Below are positions 39,895-49,703 of a stretch of DNA of 64,000 nt, piece after piece (the stretch's first letter is position 1; every line of letters starts with the position of its first letter). The notes beneath the pieces were generated by a model. That model saw nothing but the letters and a program-made list of their open reading frames with translations. It made no database searches and was not told the origin of the DNA. A program made the position numbers and the translations under genes. Origin of the DNA: a virus (Duplodnaviria > Caudoviricetes); IMG/VR virus record IMGVR_UViG_3300028591_000078, positions 32,001-96,000 of that record, one strand, 5' to 3'.

Positions 39895-42453
39895 TTAATC
39901 TTCTTCAGTGGTGTTAGTAGTAGTATATAACTTCTGACCTACTTCTATCTTAGCATGATATCTAAGCACAGCTCTCTGTTTCTCAAGAGCCCTCTTAGTC
40001 TGAAGAAGAGATTTGATAGCTTTCATATCATTCTTATCTTCAGCAAGCTTTATATAACGGTTGCACATATCAAGCTCTAAGTCTATCTCATCCATAATCA
40101 TCTGTCTTTCTTTTCTTCTATGAACAGCAGATGCACCTATATAGCCAAGAAGACCTATAACTGCTACTGCAGGGCTTACTAATGCAGCACCACCAGTAAC
40201 AATAGCAAGTTTTATAATCTTAGAAGCTGAAGGTAATATACTTCCCTTTATAACAGCTTCTCTATTCTGAGATGCAAGAGCTCTATCAACGTTTCTAGAG
40301 AGTGTATCCATAGACATATCTATCTTATTAGATACATTCTTCTCTACGTCTATACCCTTTCTTACACCCTTCTTAAAGTTTTCTGCTGCAAGCTTAAGCT
40401 TAGATACTGCAGAAATACCTTTCTTCTTAACACCAGAACCTATATCCTTACTTTTATTATCAGTAGGATTAATAGGTTTACCGGTCTTAGGATCTATAGT
40501 AGAACCTAATTCCATAATAGGTTCTTCAGAGTAGATACTAATAAGATCCTTTACAGCTTCACAGACTAGATTAAGATCCTCATAGTCTGTATAGAACTCT
40601 GCAAAGTTATCATATTCTCTATCCTTAACCCTTATTCTGTCTAAACGATCTTCATTATTTGCATAACAATCGATCTTTACATATTTATCGTATCCAGTTT
40701 CTTTTCTAGCCATCTCTTTAATAACAGAGAGTGAGTTATGGAGTCTAGATATATCAAACATTTCAGGATATACAGATACTACAGTAACAAGATTATCTAT
40801 ATCATCCAGATTCATATCTGAAAGTTTAGAGCATATCTGTTCTGTAATAGCAACTGGATTCCAATCTTTGAGATTATCTACAAGCTTTTCAGTAAGAAGT
40901 ATCTTACTCATAGCTTCAAGCTCAGCAGTCTCAAACTTAAGATCGGAAAAGTCTATATTAAAGTCATCGAGATCACTAGATCCAGACTTACCAGCACGTT
41001 TAGCATCTCTCTTAGCTTGACGCTCATATGCTTCATCAGATCTCTTATCATTTTCTTCTGCAGTGAATCTATCTTCTGCATAGTTCTCGATTTTTCTCAT
41101 ATCTTCTTTAAGCTTATCTCTATAAGCTTTAAGATTCTTCTTATGATTCTCATTCTTAGCCTTCTCCATGGCTCGTTCAGTCTTATCAATTTCCTTTTCA
41201 TATATCTTGATAGACTTATCTATATTCTTACGAGTAAGATCCATAGATATAAAGAAGTCTGTTATGAGAGTTATTACACCAAGTATAGGATTTATAGCAG
41301 TAGCACCAATTACAAAGAATACTCTTATAAGGGCAAACATATTTACAGTCTCATTGATTATATCTTCATCAGACTTTACATACATCTTCTTTACAAGAGC
41401 TTTCAAACCTGTAACCGTTTTATCCTTAGCAAGCTTAAACTGCTGAAGCATCTCTTTAGCAGTATTCTTTTCCAATGCTTCTTCTAAAAGCATTGGATCA
41501 TCGTCTGCTATATTGCTATTCTTAAACTCCTTAAATACATACTTTACATCAGAGAGTTCATCATCTGTATAGAATCTATTCTTAGAAAGAATATATCTTA
41601 CATCATGTATAACACCTTCTGTAACAGGAGTATTCATTAAGAAGTAATCTGTAACTATAGAAGCTATCTCATTAGCCTGATAAGGAATAGCATTCTTCTC
41701 AAAGCAATAACGGATATTTTCTAAAGCTACATTATACTTTACACCAAACGGCATATTGTATGTATCTATATACTCACAAAGCTCGAAGATACAATCTGTT
41801 ACATCTTCCGAGCAGTTAAGAGATCTAACTTTTTCATCTATATTAAATCTCTTAGAGAACTTTGTATGATTATTCAGCACTCTATCACACTGCCTGATTT
41901 CATCACAGGTTTCCAGTATCATATTGAATGCTTCATCAACTTTTTCTTCTTTCTTAGACTTAGGAGTCAAAGCATCTTTAACCTTATCTATCTGTGCTTT
42001 ATCTTTATTTTTTATATCTTGAACTCCATCCTTAACATTCTGCTTAGCCTGCTTGAAAGCATTCTTAGCAGCATCCATTCTATCATCTATTTTCTCATGG
42101 AGTTTTCTTTTAACCCAACCGATCTTTCTATGAACGCACTCTTCTGACTGTTCTCCATTTCTAACTTTACGGAGTACTCCTTCGCATATAAACTCTGCTG
42201 CGTTCTTGATCTCGGATTCTTTACCATTAACACATATCTCAGAGAAAATATCCATAGCTTTAGAGAAAGCTATATTAGTATTCTTGTCGAGATATTGCCA
42301 GTCTTTAAGAACTATCTTTGCATTATTGTATGAATAATGACTCAAGACACTCTCATATAAATAGGATGTGTTGCCTGAACTTGGCTGGATATAATTCATT
42401 GTAAGATCATTGCGTCTTCTTCTTACTTTATCCATGCCGATAGTTGACTTCAT
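39895..42453 (-). CDS. Large putative head/virion protein
   Basis: ~850 aa; likely ATG at 42453 (GGAGGAG RBS); AACT-N6-TA promoter at 42479-42490. Confidence 0.6.
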   Translation of the reverse strand: MKSTIGMDKVRRRRNDLTMNYIQPSSGNTSYLYESVLSHYSYNNAKIVLKDWQYLDKNTNIAFSKAMDIFSEICVNGKESEIKNAAEFICEGVLRKVRNGEQSEECVHRKIGWVKRKLHEKIDDRMDAAKNAFKQAKQNVKDGVQDIKNKDKAQIDKVKDALTPKSKKEEKVDEAFNMILETCDEIRQCDRVLNNHTKFSKRFNIDEKVRSLNCSEDVTDCIFELCEYIDTYNMPFGVKYNVALENIRYCFEKNAIPYQANEIASIVTDYFLMNTPVTEGVIHDVRYILSKNRFYTDDELSDVKYVFKEFKNSNIADDDPMLLEEALEKNTAKEMLQQFKLAKDKTVTGLKALVKKMYVKSDEDIINETVNMFALIRVFFVIGATAINPILGVITLITDFFISMDLTRKNIDKSIKIYEKEIDKTERAMEKAKNENHKKNLKAYRDKLKEDMRKIENYAEDRFTAEENDKRSDEAYERQAKRDAKRAGKSGSSDLDDFNIDFSDLKFETAELEAMSKILLTEKLVDNLKDWNPVAITEQICSKLSDMNLDDIDNLVTVVSVYPEMFDISRLHNSLSVIKEMARKETGYDKYVKIDCYANNEDRLDRIRVKDREYDNFAEFYTDYEDLNLVCEAVKDLISIYSEEPIMELGSTIDPKTGKPINPTDNKSKDIGSGVKKKGISAVSKLKLAAENFKKGVRKGIDVEKNVSNKIDMSMDTLSRNVDRALASQNREAVIKGSILPSASKIIKLAIVTGGAALVSPAVAVIGLLGYIGASAVHRRKERQMIMDEIDLELDMCNRYIKLAEDKNDMKAIKSLLQTKRALEKQRAVLRYHAKIEVGQKLYTTTNTTEED

Positions 42454-42586
42454 AAACTCTCCTCCTATCACAGAATATTACTAATAAGTTAACACAATGC
42501 CTTATCATAGGGGTTTAGAGTATTATGAAAAAGTAAATATTTTTGAATTATATATTATAAAAGTGCTAGGAAGGAGGATATTAATA

Positions 42587-42895
42587 ATGTTCTGGACTAG
42601 ATATAGAATACAAGCTTGGCCTATGAAGGTCAAAGAGTCAATTCTTGCAAAGTCGATAACTTACAAGATAAGACTCAAAGTAAGCTATACTATAAATGGA
42701 GCTCTGGAACTCTATGTATATAATAAAGATATTAAAGAGTTTGATAAGCTCATACAAGGTATATGGTTGTGGTACAGAACCAAAGAAGAGTTTTTGTACG
42801 GCCATTCAGACAACATCGATGATTCATTATTTTTAAAAGGTACGACTCTAATGCGCATAGATAGTGTGTATGGGGTTATCGATATCTTTGATTGA
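42587..42895 (+). CDS. Hypothetical early protein
   Basis: ATG 42587 with AAGGAGG RBS, downstream of the early-type motif at 42551. Confidence 0.65.
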   Translation: MFWTRYRIQAWPMKVKESILAKSITYKIRLKVSYTINGALELYVYNKDIKEFDKLIQGIWLWYRTKEEFLYGHSDNIDDSLFLKGTTLMRIDSVYGVIDIFD

Positions 42896-42921
42896 ATCAT
42901 TGTGAGTAATAGGAGGTAAAT

Positions 42922-43500
42922 ATGATAAGAGTATGTACTAGATGGAACTCAGACATAGACAAAGCATTTCAGATCGAGATCAAGAAGCTCGACCTGAAGT
43001 ATAAAAAGGTATCTACGAATACTTATGTAACAAGGAAGCAGAGAGACATTATCCCTTTCAGGATAATGTATGTGTTTCCTGATACCGATAATACTCTTCA
43101 GATCCTTGATATAATCCAGGCTATATATCTGGATAAGAAAGTAATGAAGAGTTTCAACAAAATCAAAGTCGATATTGAGAAAGTCGGCATTGATGAATTC
43201 ATATCTAATACAGCTAATCGCATGAGATATGAGTTGGAGAATGTGAAGAACAGATCTCCACTTTATGCTACTTACAACATAGATCCTAAGCTACCTTTAG
43301 ACCAGGCGGTTAAAAAGATGGCTGAGCTGTCTGTAGCAGAACATATGGAAAGAGGTCTTGACATCCTGCTTCTCAAGAATGATAATTATGTTCTGTATGA
43401 GATGAACAAGGATGAAAATGGCAAGTACGCTGCTACCATAGTTGATAGCGGCATTCTAGAATCCGTCATAGGAGGAAAGGAGATATTCGATGAATCTTGA
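42922..43500 (+). CDS. Hypothetical protein
   Basis: 192 aa, AGGAGGT RBS. Confidence 0.7.
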   Translation: MIRVCTRWNSDIDKAFQIEIKKLDLKYKKVSTNTYVTRKQRDIIPFRIMYVFPDTDNTLQILDIIQAIYLDKKVMKSFNKIKVDIEKVGIDEFISNTANRMRYELENVKNRSPLYATYNIDPKLPLDQAVKKMAELSVAEHMERGLDILLLKNDNYVLYEMNKDENGKYAATIVDSGILESVIGGKEIFDES

Positions 43501-43597
43501 AGATATGATCAAGGCCATTCAGGCCTTTCAGACAAATATGGAAGTCCTGATTAATGAAGCTGGTGGTGAAAATTCTGATCAGAACACCGAAGCTTAA
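43490..43597 (+). CDS. Unannotated 35-aa small protein MNLEDMIKAIQAFQTNMEVLINEAGGENSDQNTEA
   Basis: AAGGAG RBS upstream; fills the gap between two operon genes. Confidence 0.55.
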   Translation: MNLEDMIKAIQAFQTNMEVLINEAGGENSDQNTEA

Positions 43598-43617
43598 GAG
43601 ATATAGGAGGATGTATA

Positions 43618-43983
43618 ATGAAGTTCAAAAGAACCGAAGGATCCAGTAATGATGAGATATCTATAGAGATACTGATTAAATGGGATCAAAAGAATCAGCA
43701 TACTTATATAGATCTCGAACAGCTCTGGAAACTCAGTTATGAGGTTCAAGTAGAGCTGGTGCGTTTTGCAGCTCAGGAATTCATTGCTAGTGCAAAGCGT
43801 GCAGAACACAAGCCTAGCAAGGAATTAGTTGAAGAAGCCATAGGGTTCTTCAATAAGGTATGTAGTATGAATGCTGCAGTATCATTATGTCTTTTAAATG
43901 AACCATATCTTGTATACAAGCATATATTACCGCATGCGACAAAAATCAATAGACTTGCTCATTTATATGGGTTAATTCTTTGA
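43618..43983 (+). CDS. Hypothetical protein
   Basis: 121 aa, AGGAGG RBS. Confidence 0.7.
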   Translation: MKFKRTEGSSNDEISIEILIKWDQKNQHTYIDLEQLWKLSYEVQVELVRFAAQEFIASAKRAEHKPSKELVEEAIGFFNKVCSMNAAVSLCLLNEPYLVYKHILPHATKINRLAHLYGLIL

Positions 43984-44008
43984 TGATAAAGAGAGGTAGG
44001 TATAAATA

Positions 44009-44578
44009 ATGAAGTACAAAAGAGAATACAAGATAAACAGTGGGAGAAGAGCAGGGACTCCTAAAATATCTATCAGCATCAAAGTAGAAGGTGATGTTGA
44101 TAAGGTATTAGAAAAAATCTCTTCTATAAGTGATGTATTCGATACTGTAAATAATACTACATCTAAAGCAGTGTTAGATAATATCGAAGACATTGATGAT
44201 TATAATCAAAAATTTCAAACTACTAAAAGTTATAATACAGAAATAGGTCCAAAGAAGAAAAATGTATATTATGATTTAGGCGAAGGTATGACTAAAATAT
44301 CTAGATTACCTGAACATCCTACTGCCGATCTCATAAAAGATGCATATAAAGAATTCATAAAGGCTGCAAACGAGTTTTTAAAACTTGACCCTAAATCTAA
44401 AGGCTATATAGATAAGCTTAATGAAATCGATATATTATATTATAAAGCTTTTAAATTAAGCGCTGGTTTTAATTCTAATTGGATAGAACCAATTGAAGCT
44501 TTTGCTTTAATAACAAAGCTGAATCAGATAAAATATGAGCTTGGACTCTTCCCTGACTACAAACCTGCAGAAGAATAA
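44009..44578 (+). CDS. Hypothetical protein
   Basis: 189 aa, followed by terminator 44578-44613. Confidence 0.7.
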   Translation: MKYKREYKINSGRRAGTPKISISIKVEGDVDKVLEKISSISDVFDTVNNTTSKAVLDNIEDIDDYNQKFQTTKSYNTEIGPKKKNVYYDLGEGMTKISRLPEHPTADLIKDAYKEFIKAANEFLKLDPKSKGYIDKLNEIDILYYKAFKLSAGFNSNWIEPIEAFALITKLNQIKYELGLFPDYKPAEE

Positions 44579-44635
44579 AAATAAACGCGGCCTGACAAGC
44601 CGCGTTATTTTTTGTCTCCATATATAGCATTCGTA

Positions 44636-44671
44636 AAACTAAAAGATTTCAATTATATATTATAATAGTGA
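44636..44671 (+). promoter_or_regulatory. Early-type promoter block, copy 3
   Basis: AAACTAAAAGATTTCAATTATATATTATAATAGTGA, identical to copies 1 and 2. Confidence 0.75.
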
Positions 44672-44832
44672 ATAAGGATAACAGGCATCCTATTCAGTAC
44701 ATAGAAACGAATCTTGGTGATGCAGATTCTCTATGATACTACTTAACAAATCGCCAAATAATAAAAATATCTATTCTGGGATCAAAGCTGATCTAGTCAA
44801 TTAGCTCCCAGCGCATCACAGAAGGAAACACT

Positions 44833-45420
44833 ATGAAAATAACAGTTACTTTAAATGCAGGTATCGAGCTCAATAATGTTGAACTTAAGGGGCTTCATGA
44901 ATCAGAGATTCAGAAAAACTGGGACTGGAGCGGAAACTCCAAGCAGGATCACGGCCGTCGTAGAGAGAATAATCTTGCTCTCGAAAGTCTTAGTGGTGGT
45001 GCTAGGGCGAACTTCGATCTGAATATCAACTTTGATGTTCAGCCTGAGGAGTTGAAGAGCTGCTACAGCTGCATTGAGCAGCTTGTAAAGACGGTGGCAG
45101 ATAGTCACCACCAGACAGCAGAGGCAGTTGAAAAGACTGCAGAAGCGGTCAAGACAGCAGACCTCTCTTCCAAGACAGCAACTTTCGAGCATCCGAACAC
45201 AGATGTTGAAGAAAAGGTCTCCCAATTTATGAGAGAAGCAAGAAAGGTGAGAGAGACAAAGAATGCCGATGTTACCTATGCTCTGTTATTGGGGCATGAA
45301 GCAGTCACGGCATTAAAGAATGATGGGGAAGGAGAGAATGCAGGAACGATATCGGATATCCAGGGCATTATGGATTCATTAAGAAAAAGAATCCATAATG
45401 CAGATGATCATATCATATGA
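44833..45420 (+). CDS. Hypothetical early protein
   Basis: 195 aa between promoter copy 3 and terminator 45430-45465. Confidence 0.7.
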   Translation: MKITVTLNAGIELNNVELKGLHESEIQKNWDWSGNSKQDHGRRRENNLALESLSGGARANFDLNINFDVQPEELKSCYSCIEQLVKTVADSHHQTAEAVEKTAEAVKTADLSSKTATFEHPNTDVEEKVSQFMREARKVRETKNADVTYALLLGHEAVTALKNDGEGENAGTISDIQGIMDSLRKRIHNADDHII

Positions 45421-45463
45421 TCATCAAAAAAAATAAACGGGGTACTCATAGCCCCGTTTATTT

Positions 45464-45694
45464 TTACTCATCGAGTAAGAATTCTCCATTATCTGGAAAG
45501 AGTTTAAAGTATGGTGCAGGTATTCTAGGATCTATATTAGTATTCTCTTCTTCATCGTCAGAATACATATAGAGCCAATAGAAGTTCATCTCATAGTCTG
45601 GTTCTATAAATACTATAGTACCTTCTATCTGACATCCTAAGATGTCATCCATTATTCTTACTCGCTGTCCTATTCTATAATTACAAGGTTCCAT
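45464..45694 (-). CDS. Small hypothetical protein (SH3/KOW-like beta barrel possible)
   Basis: 76 aa YRIGQRVRI...GTIVFI; AAGGAGG RBS; early motif at 45719-45734. Confidence 0.6.
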   Translation of the reverse strand: MEPCNYRIGQRVRIMDDILGCQIEGTIVFIEPDYEMNFYWLYMYSDDEEENTNIDPRIPAPYFKLFPDNGEFLLDE

Positions 45695-45856
45695 ATAGAA
45701 TATCCTCCTTTGTTGTATTCATTATGATAATATATAAGTCTAAGTCTAATTAGACAAAATAAAAGAGTGGCATTACGCCACCCTCTTATTTTTTTTAAGA
45801 AAGAAGTAATTCTCTATGAACACTATTTGTCAACCTATTATATAGTTATATCCAAA

Positions 45857-46906
45857 TTAAAAGTTAGCGAGGTCAGGGTTTCCTATAGTAACAACAGGCC
45901 AGCTAGCATTTATATTAGAGTTTCTAGCCATACCAGTAATAGGATTGATAGTAGTATCTTCCATAAGTATAGGATCAGGTCTAGGATAGTTAGGAACAGA
46001 CTGTCCAGTGGTAGTATCGATTACATCAAAGTATCTGTTATTAGGATTAGACTGATCATATACTACTACAGTCTTGATGTTAGGATTATTCTCCAGAAGC
46101 ATTCTATTCTGCTCAGGAGTAATATTAGCAGCATATGTATCATAGCCATCTACTGTTCCCACATCTGCTCTGACCATATTAGCCATATTAGATCCACCCA
46201 TTATAGCACCCTTAGTATCATAGGCAAGTGGGTTATATCCACTAGATATAGGAGTATTGATATATGCATTGTAGAGAGCCTGGATCTGCATATCATCATT
46301 CATAGCATTAGCCTGGTCAAGCTTAAGTGCCTTGATTCTATCAAGATCTAACTTATGACCCTGCTGAATTACAGAGTTCATTTCTCTGATAGCAGATATT
46401 TTAGTAGTGAGCAATGAAGATGCAGTAGATGTAAGATCAGATATATATGTATATCTTCCTTTAAGAGTTCTACTATTTCTTACATTCTCTAATTCAGTAT
46501 GAACCTCATTACTCAGAGCATCTATCTGATATATAGAAGCTTCGAGCATATCATTAGTCTTCTTAAAAGACTGAGCATAAGGTACACTACTATTAGCATA
46601 GCTAATCTCACCATTAGCAGCCATAGCAGCTTCTTCATTAGCCTTAACCATAGCTATATTTTCAGTAGACTGTTCTTTTCTAGGTCTACCACGCTTCTTA
46701 GTAGTTGTAACCTCAGCATGTTCTCCTACTACAGGATCATCTACAAAGACATCCTTTTCAAAGAACTTCATATTTAGAACTGGTTCCATCTCTATTTCGA
46801 TCTTACGAGGCTGAACAGGTTCAGGCATAGGAGCAGAATACTGCTGATAATACTGCTGTTGTGTAGGAGCCTGAGTCTGTATCGGTATAAATGGATTTAT
46901 TGCCAT
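45857..46906 (-). CDS. Hypothetical protein
   Basis: 349 aa, AAGGAGG RBS, late promoter at 46936-46947. Confidence 0.75.
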   Translation of the reverse strand: MAINPFIPIQTQAPTQQQYYQQYSAPMPEPVQPRKIEIEMEPVLNMKFFEKDVFVDDPVVGEHAEVTTTKKRGRPRKEQSTENIAMVKANEEAAMAANGEISYANSSVPYAQSFKKTNDMLEASIYQIDALSNEVHTELENVRNSRTLKGRYTYISDLTSTASSLLTTKISAIREMNSVIQQGHKLDLDRIKALKLDQANAMNDDMQIQALYNAYINTPISSGYNPLAYDTKGAIMGGSNMANMVRADVGTVDGYDTYAANITPEQNRMLLENNPNIKTVVVYDQSNPNNRYFDVIDTTTGQSVPNYPRPDPILMEDTTINPITGMARNSNINASWPVVTIGNPDLANF

Positions 46907-47123
46907 AATTATAATCCTCCTTTAAGGAATAAATTTATTAGAATGTTTTCGGATTAACATATTAGTACTGAGAAAGAGTCCAAATAAGTTCCATATGACA
47001 AATTTCCTTTGGGTGTGCCACTGTAGGATCTCCTACAGTGGTCATCTTTTGTTTTTTATATAGCCTGAAACATATCAATAAGATCATAAACCTACCTAAT
47101 TAGGTGAGTATAGGAGTGATTGT

Positions 47124-49061
47124 ATGTTATTAAAAGATTATCCAGAAGGATATGATCTAACCTTAATGAATACAATGTTTAGGTTCGGAGAGAAAGATCC
47201 GATAACTGATAAGTGGACAGAAAGTTCAATAGATTTGATTATTAAAGATAATCATACAGGAGATAAGTTTGTAGAACATATAGAGAATCCTGATTATGAA
47301 TTCTATATATCTAAAGAAGAACTTCCTCATCATATGTTTTTCATAGATAAGGATGAGTGTGAGAAGATAGTAGTTCCATATAAGAATGTATTAAGGACTA
47401 TAGCGGATTTGACTGGAAACACAAATATGTTCTTCGAGAATATAAGGAATGGATTAAGTAAAGCTAATAAAATACTTCATCAACATCCGAGAGTATTCTT
47501 ATCTGATATGGATATAGAAGATCATTACATGTTTAGATTTGCTAGAGATTATACTAATAGTATTAATCCTATATCTAAAGCATTCTTCGATATAGAGGTT
47601 GACTCAATCAATATGATTGGAGATTTTCCAGAGTTTGGAGAGTGTCCAGTAAATGCAGTATCATTGATAGATGAGTCTAATAATATGGTATATGTATTCT
47701 TCTTAAGGAATGAAGCTAATCCTCTTATAGAGGAGTTTGAGAAGAGTATAGGACCAGAATTAATCAAAGAGTTAAAAGAGTTTCTGACTAATGCAGTAGG
47801 TGGTTGGAAACAAGCTCATAGATTTGGTATAGATACTCTTGATTTCAAATTCTTAGCATATGATGAAAAAGATGAGATCAAGTTAATAGCAGATCTGTTT
47901 AGAGCAATCAATATATTAAAGCCAGACTTTGTATTGGCATGGAATATGGGATTTGATATTCCATATATAATAGAGAGAATCAAGGCTTTAGGATATGATC
48001 CTAAAGATATAATGTGCCATCCAGATTTTCCGGTTAAAGAGGCATATTATGTGATAGATGAGAAAAATAAAAATGAGTTTGCAGAGAGAAACGACTTTGC
48101 AAGGATTAGTTCTTATTCAGTATTTTTAGATCAGCTTATACAGTTTGCATCTAGAAGAAAAGGACAGTCGGCAGTAAAGTCTTATTCTCTGGATGATATA
48201 GGAGATATGGTAGCAGGAGTTAGAAAGTTGAGCTATAAGCATATAACTACTAAGATTGCTGAGTTGCCATATAAAGATTATAAGACATTCATATTCTATA
48301 ATATCATGGATACTATAGTACAGAAGTGTATTGAAAAGAAGACTGGTGATATAGATTTCGTATTTAATAAAGCGATTACAAATAACACCAGATATTCTAA
48401 GATACATCGTCAGACTGTATATCTGGCTAATAGAGCCATTGCTCATTTCTATTCATTAGGATATGTAATGGGTAATAATATTAATGGTGGTAATAAGCCA
48501 GTTAAGTTTGCAGGAGCCTTTGTAGCAGATCCGAAGAAAGCATCTAATTATTCTAGGATAAAGGTTAATGGTATACCTATCAATGCTTATAATAATCTAA
48601 ATGACTTTGACTATAATAGACTTTATCCGAGTATAACTCAGGAGTTTAATATGGCTCCGAATACTCAATATGGTAAGGTTACGATAGTAGATCAGATGGA
48701 TCCGAATGAGAATAGATTTAATAGTGATGTATGGGAAAGACAGATTCAGTATATGGAAGATCTTCAGTCTAATGTATATATAGAATTCTGTCATAGATGG
48801 CTTGGTTTGGCAAGTTATAGTGAACTCATTGATGATATCTTAGAGTATTTTTATACTATAAGAATGAGTCAAAGGCCTATACAAGTATTTAATACTGAAG
48901 GAAAAATAAAACCATTCGAAAGTATACCAGTAAATGGTAAACTTAATCCATTCATTCATATGGATAATATTATAGTAAAGCCATTTGAGCATTATTATCC
49001 ATTAGATCTATCATTAAAGGAGAAAGTGATCAATGCAGTCAATAGTACCAATAGATTTTAG
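47124..49061 (+). CDS. Family-B DNA polymerase, N-terminal subunit (3'-5' exonuclease plus motif A)
   Basis: ExoI FFDIEVD, ExoII AWNMGFDIPYI, ExoIII YNIMD, motif A DFDYNRLYPSI; motifs B (KxxxNSxYG) and C (DTDS) absent. Confidence 0.85.
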   Translation: MLLKDYPEGYDLTLMNTMFRFGEKDPITDKWTESSIDLIIKDNHTGDKFVEHIENPDYEFYISKEELPHHMFFIDKDECEKIVVPYKNVLRTIADLTGNTNMFFENIRNGLSKANKILHQHPRVFLSDMDIEDHYMFRFARDYTNSINPISKAFFDIEVDSINMIGDFPEFGECPVNAVSLIDESNNMVYVFFLRNEANPLIEEFEKSIGPELIKELKEFLTNAVGGWKQAHRFGIDTLDFKFLAYDEKDEIKLIADLFRAINILKPDFVLAWNMGFDIPYIIERIKALGYDPKDIMCHPDFPVKEAYYVIDEKNKNEFAERNDFARISSYSVFLDQLIQFASRRKGQSAVKSYSLDDIGDMVAGVRKLSYKHITTKIAELPYKDYKTFIFYNIMDTIVQKCIEKKTGDIDFVFNKAITNNTRYSKIHRQTVYLANRAIAHFYSLGYVMGNNINGGNKPVKFAGAFVADPKKASNYSRIKVNGIPINAYNNLNDFDYNRLYPSITQEFNMAPNTQYGKVTIVDQMDPNENRFNSDVWERQIQYMEDLQSNVYIEFCHRWLGLASYSELIDDILEYFYTIRMSQRPIQVFNTEGKIKPFESIPVNGKLNPFIHMDNIIVKPFEHYYPLDLSLKEKVINAVNSTNRF

Positions 49062-49686
49062 TATAGTAGAGAGATTGAAAGAAGTTTTCACTCTATTTAA
49101 AGTAATAGACTTCGCCATCATAGAAGGTGGCGGAGTTAATATATATGGTATGAATTATGAGCATAGTATCTTAAAATATACAGTCATAGATCCTATAGCA
49201 GGATTACCGCCACTAGTGATAATAGACTCTTCATCTTTAGCACCAGCTAAATATAAAGAACAGAAATACTTCTTAGTAAACTCTACGGTTATAGTAGCAG
49301 AGTCAGAATTATCTGAATTAGACTTTGTATTCTATTATCAGCATATCTATTCTGGGTACTCTGAAGCTAAGAGTTTATTTAAAGAGATTGCAATCTCCAA
49401 TATAACTTGCCATATAGAGCATATTCAGAAAGAAGCTAGTTTTGCTATGCAGATCTTATCTATGAGAGCTGCAGATGGCGTACAATACTATAAGTATAAT
49501 GGATATATGATGTCCTTATTTGTAGGAATTCTTCCTATAATATCTTCTGATGATGTACAGTTAGATATTATAGATAGACCAGATAATCCATGCTTTATAG
49601 GACGCTTTACAATAAAAAAGAAAAATGGTTTGGTATTAAAAGTATTTCTTAGATTTCTAAAGATAGGAATGAACCCTGTAGCGTAA
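49033..49686 (+). CDS. Hypothetical protein coupled to the DNA polymerase gene
   Basis: 217 aa, overlaps the polymerase 3' end, AAGGAG RBS. Confidence 0.7.
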   Translation: MQSIVPIDFSIVERLKEVFTLFKVIDFAIIEGGGVNIYGMNYEHSILKYTVIDPIAGLPPLVIIDSSSLAPAKYKEQKYFLVNSTVIVAESELSELDFVFYYQHIYSGYSEAKSLFKEIAISNITCHIEHIQKEASFAMQILSMRAADGVQYYKYNGYMMSLFVGILPIISSDDVQLDIIDRPDNPCFIGRFTIKKKNGLVLKVFLRFLKIGMNPVA

Positions 49687-49696
49687 TGCTACAGGG
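49674..49696. terminator. Hairpin separating the polymerase operon from the repeat array
   Basis: CCCTGTAGC-GTAAT-GCTACAGGG; T-rich flanks on both strands. Confidence 0.65.
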
Positions 49697-49703
49697 CCAT
49701 TTT

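Noticed and set aside
47124-49061. Polymerase pseudogene or intron/intein-interrupted gene
   Set aside because: Exonuclease motifs are intact, no intein or intron signature is seen, and split PolB genes are established in phiKZ-like phages
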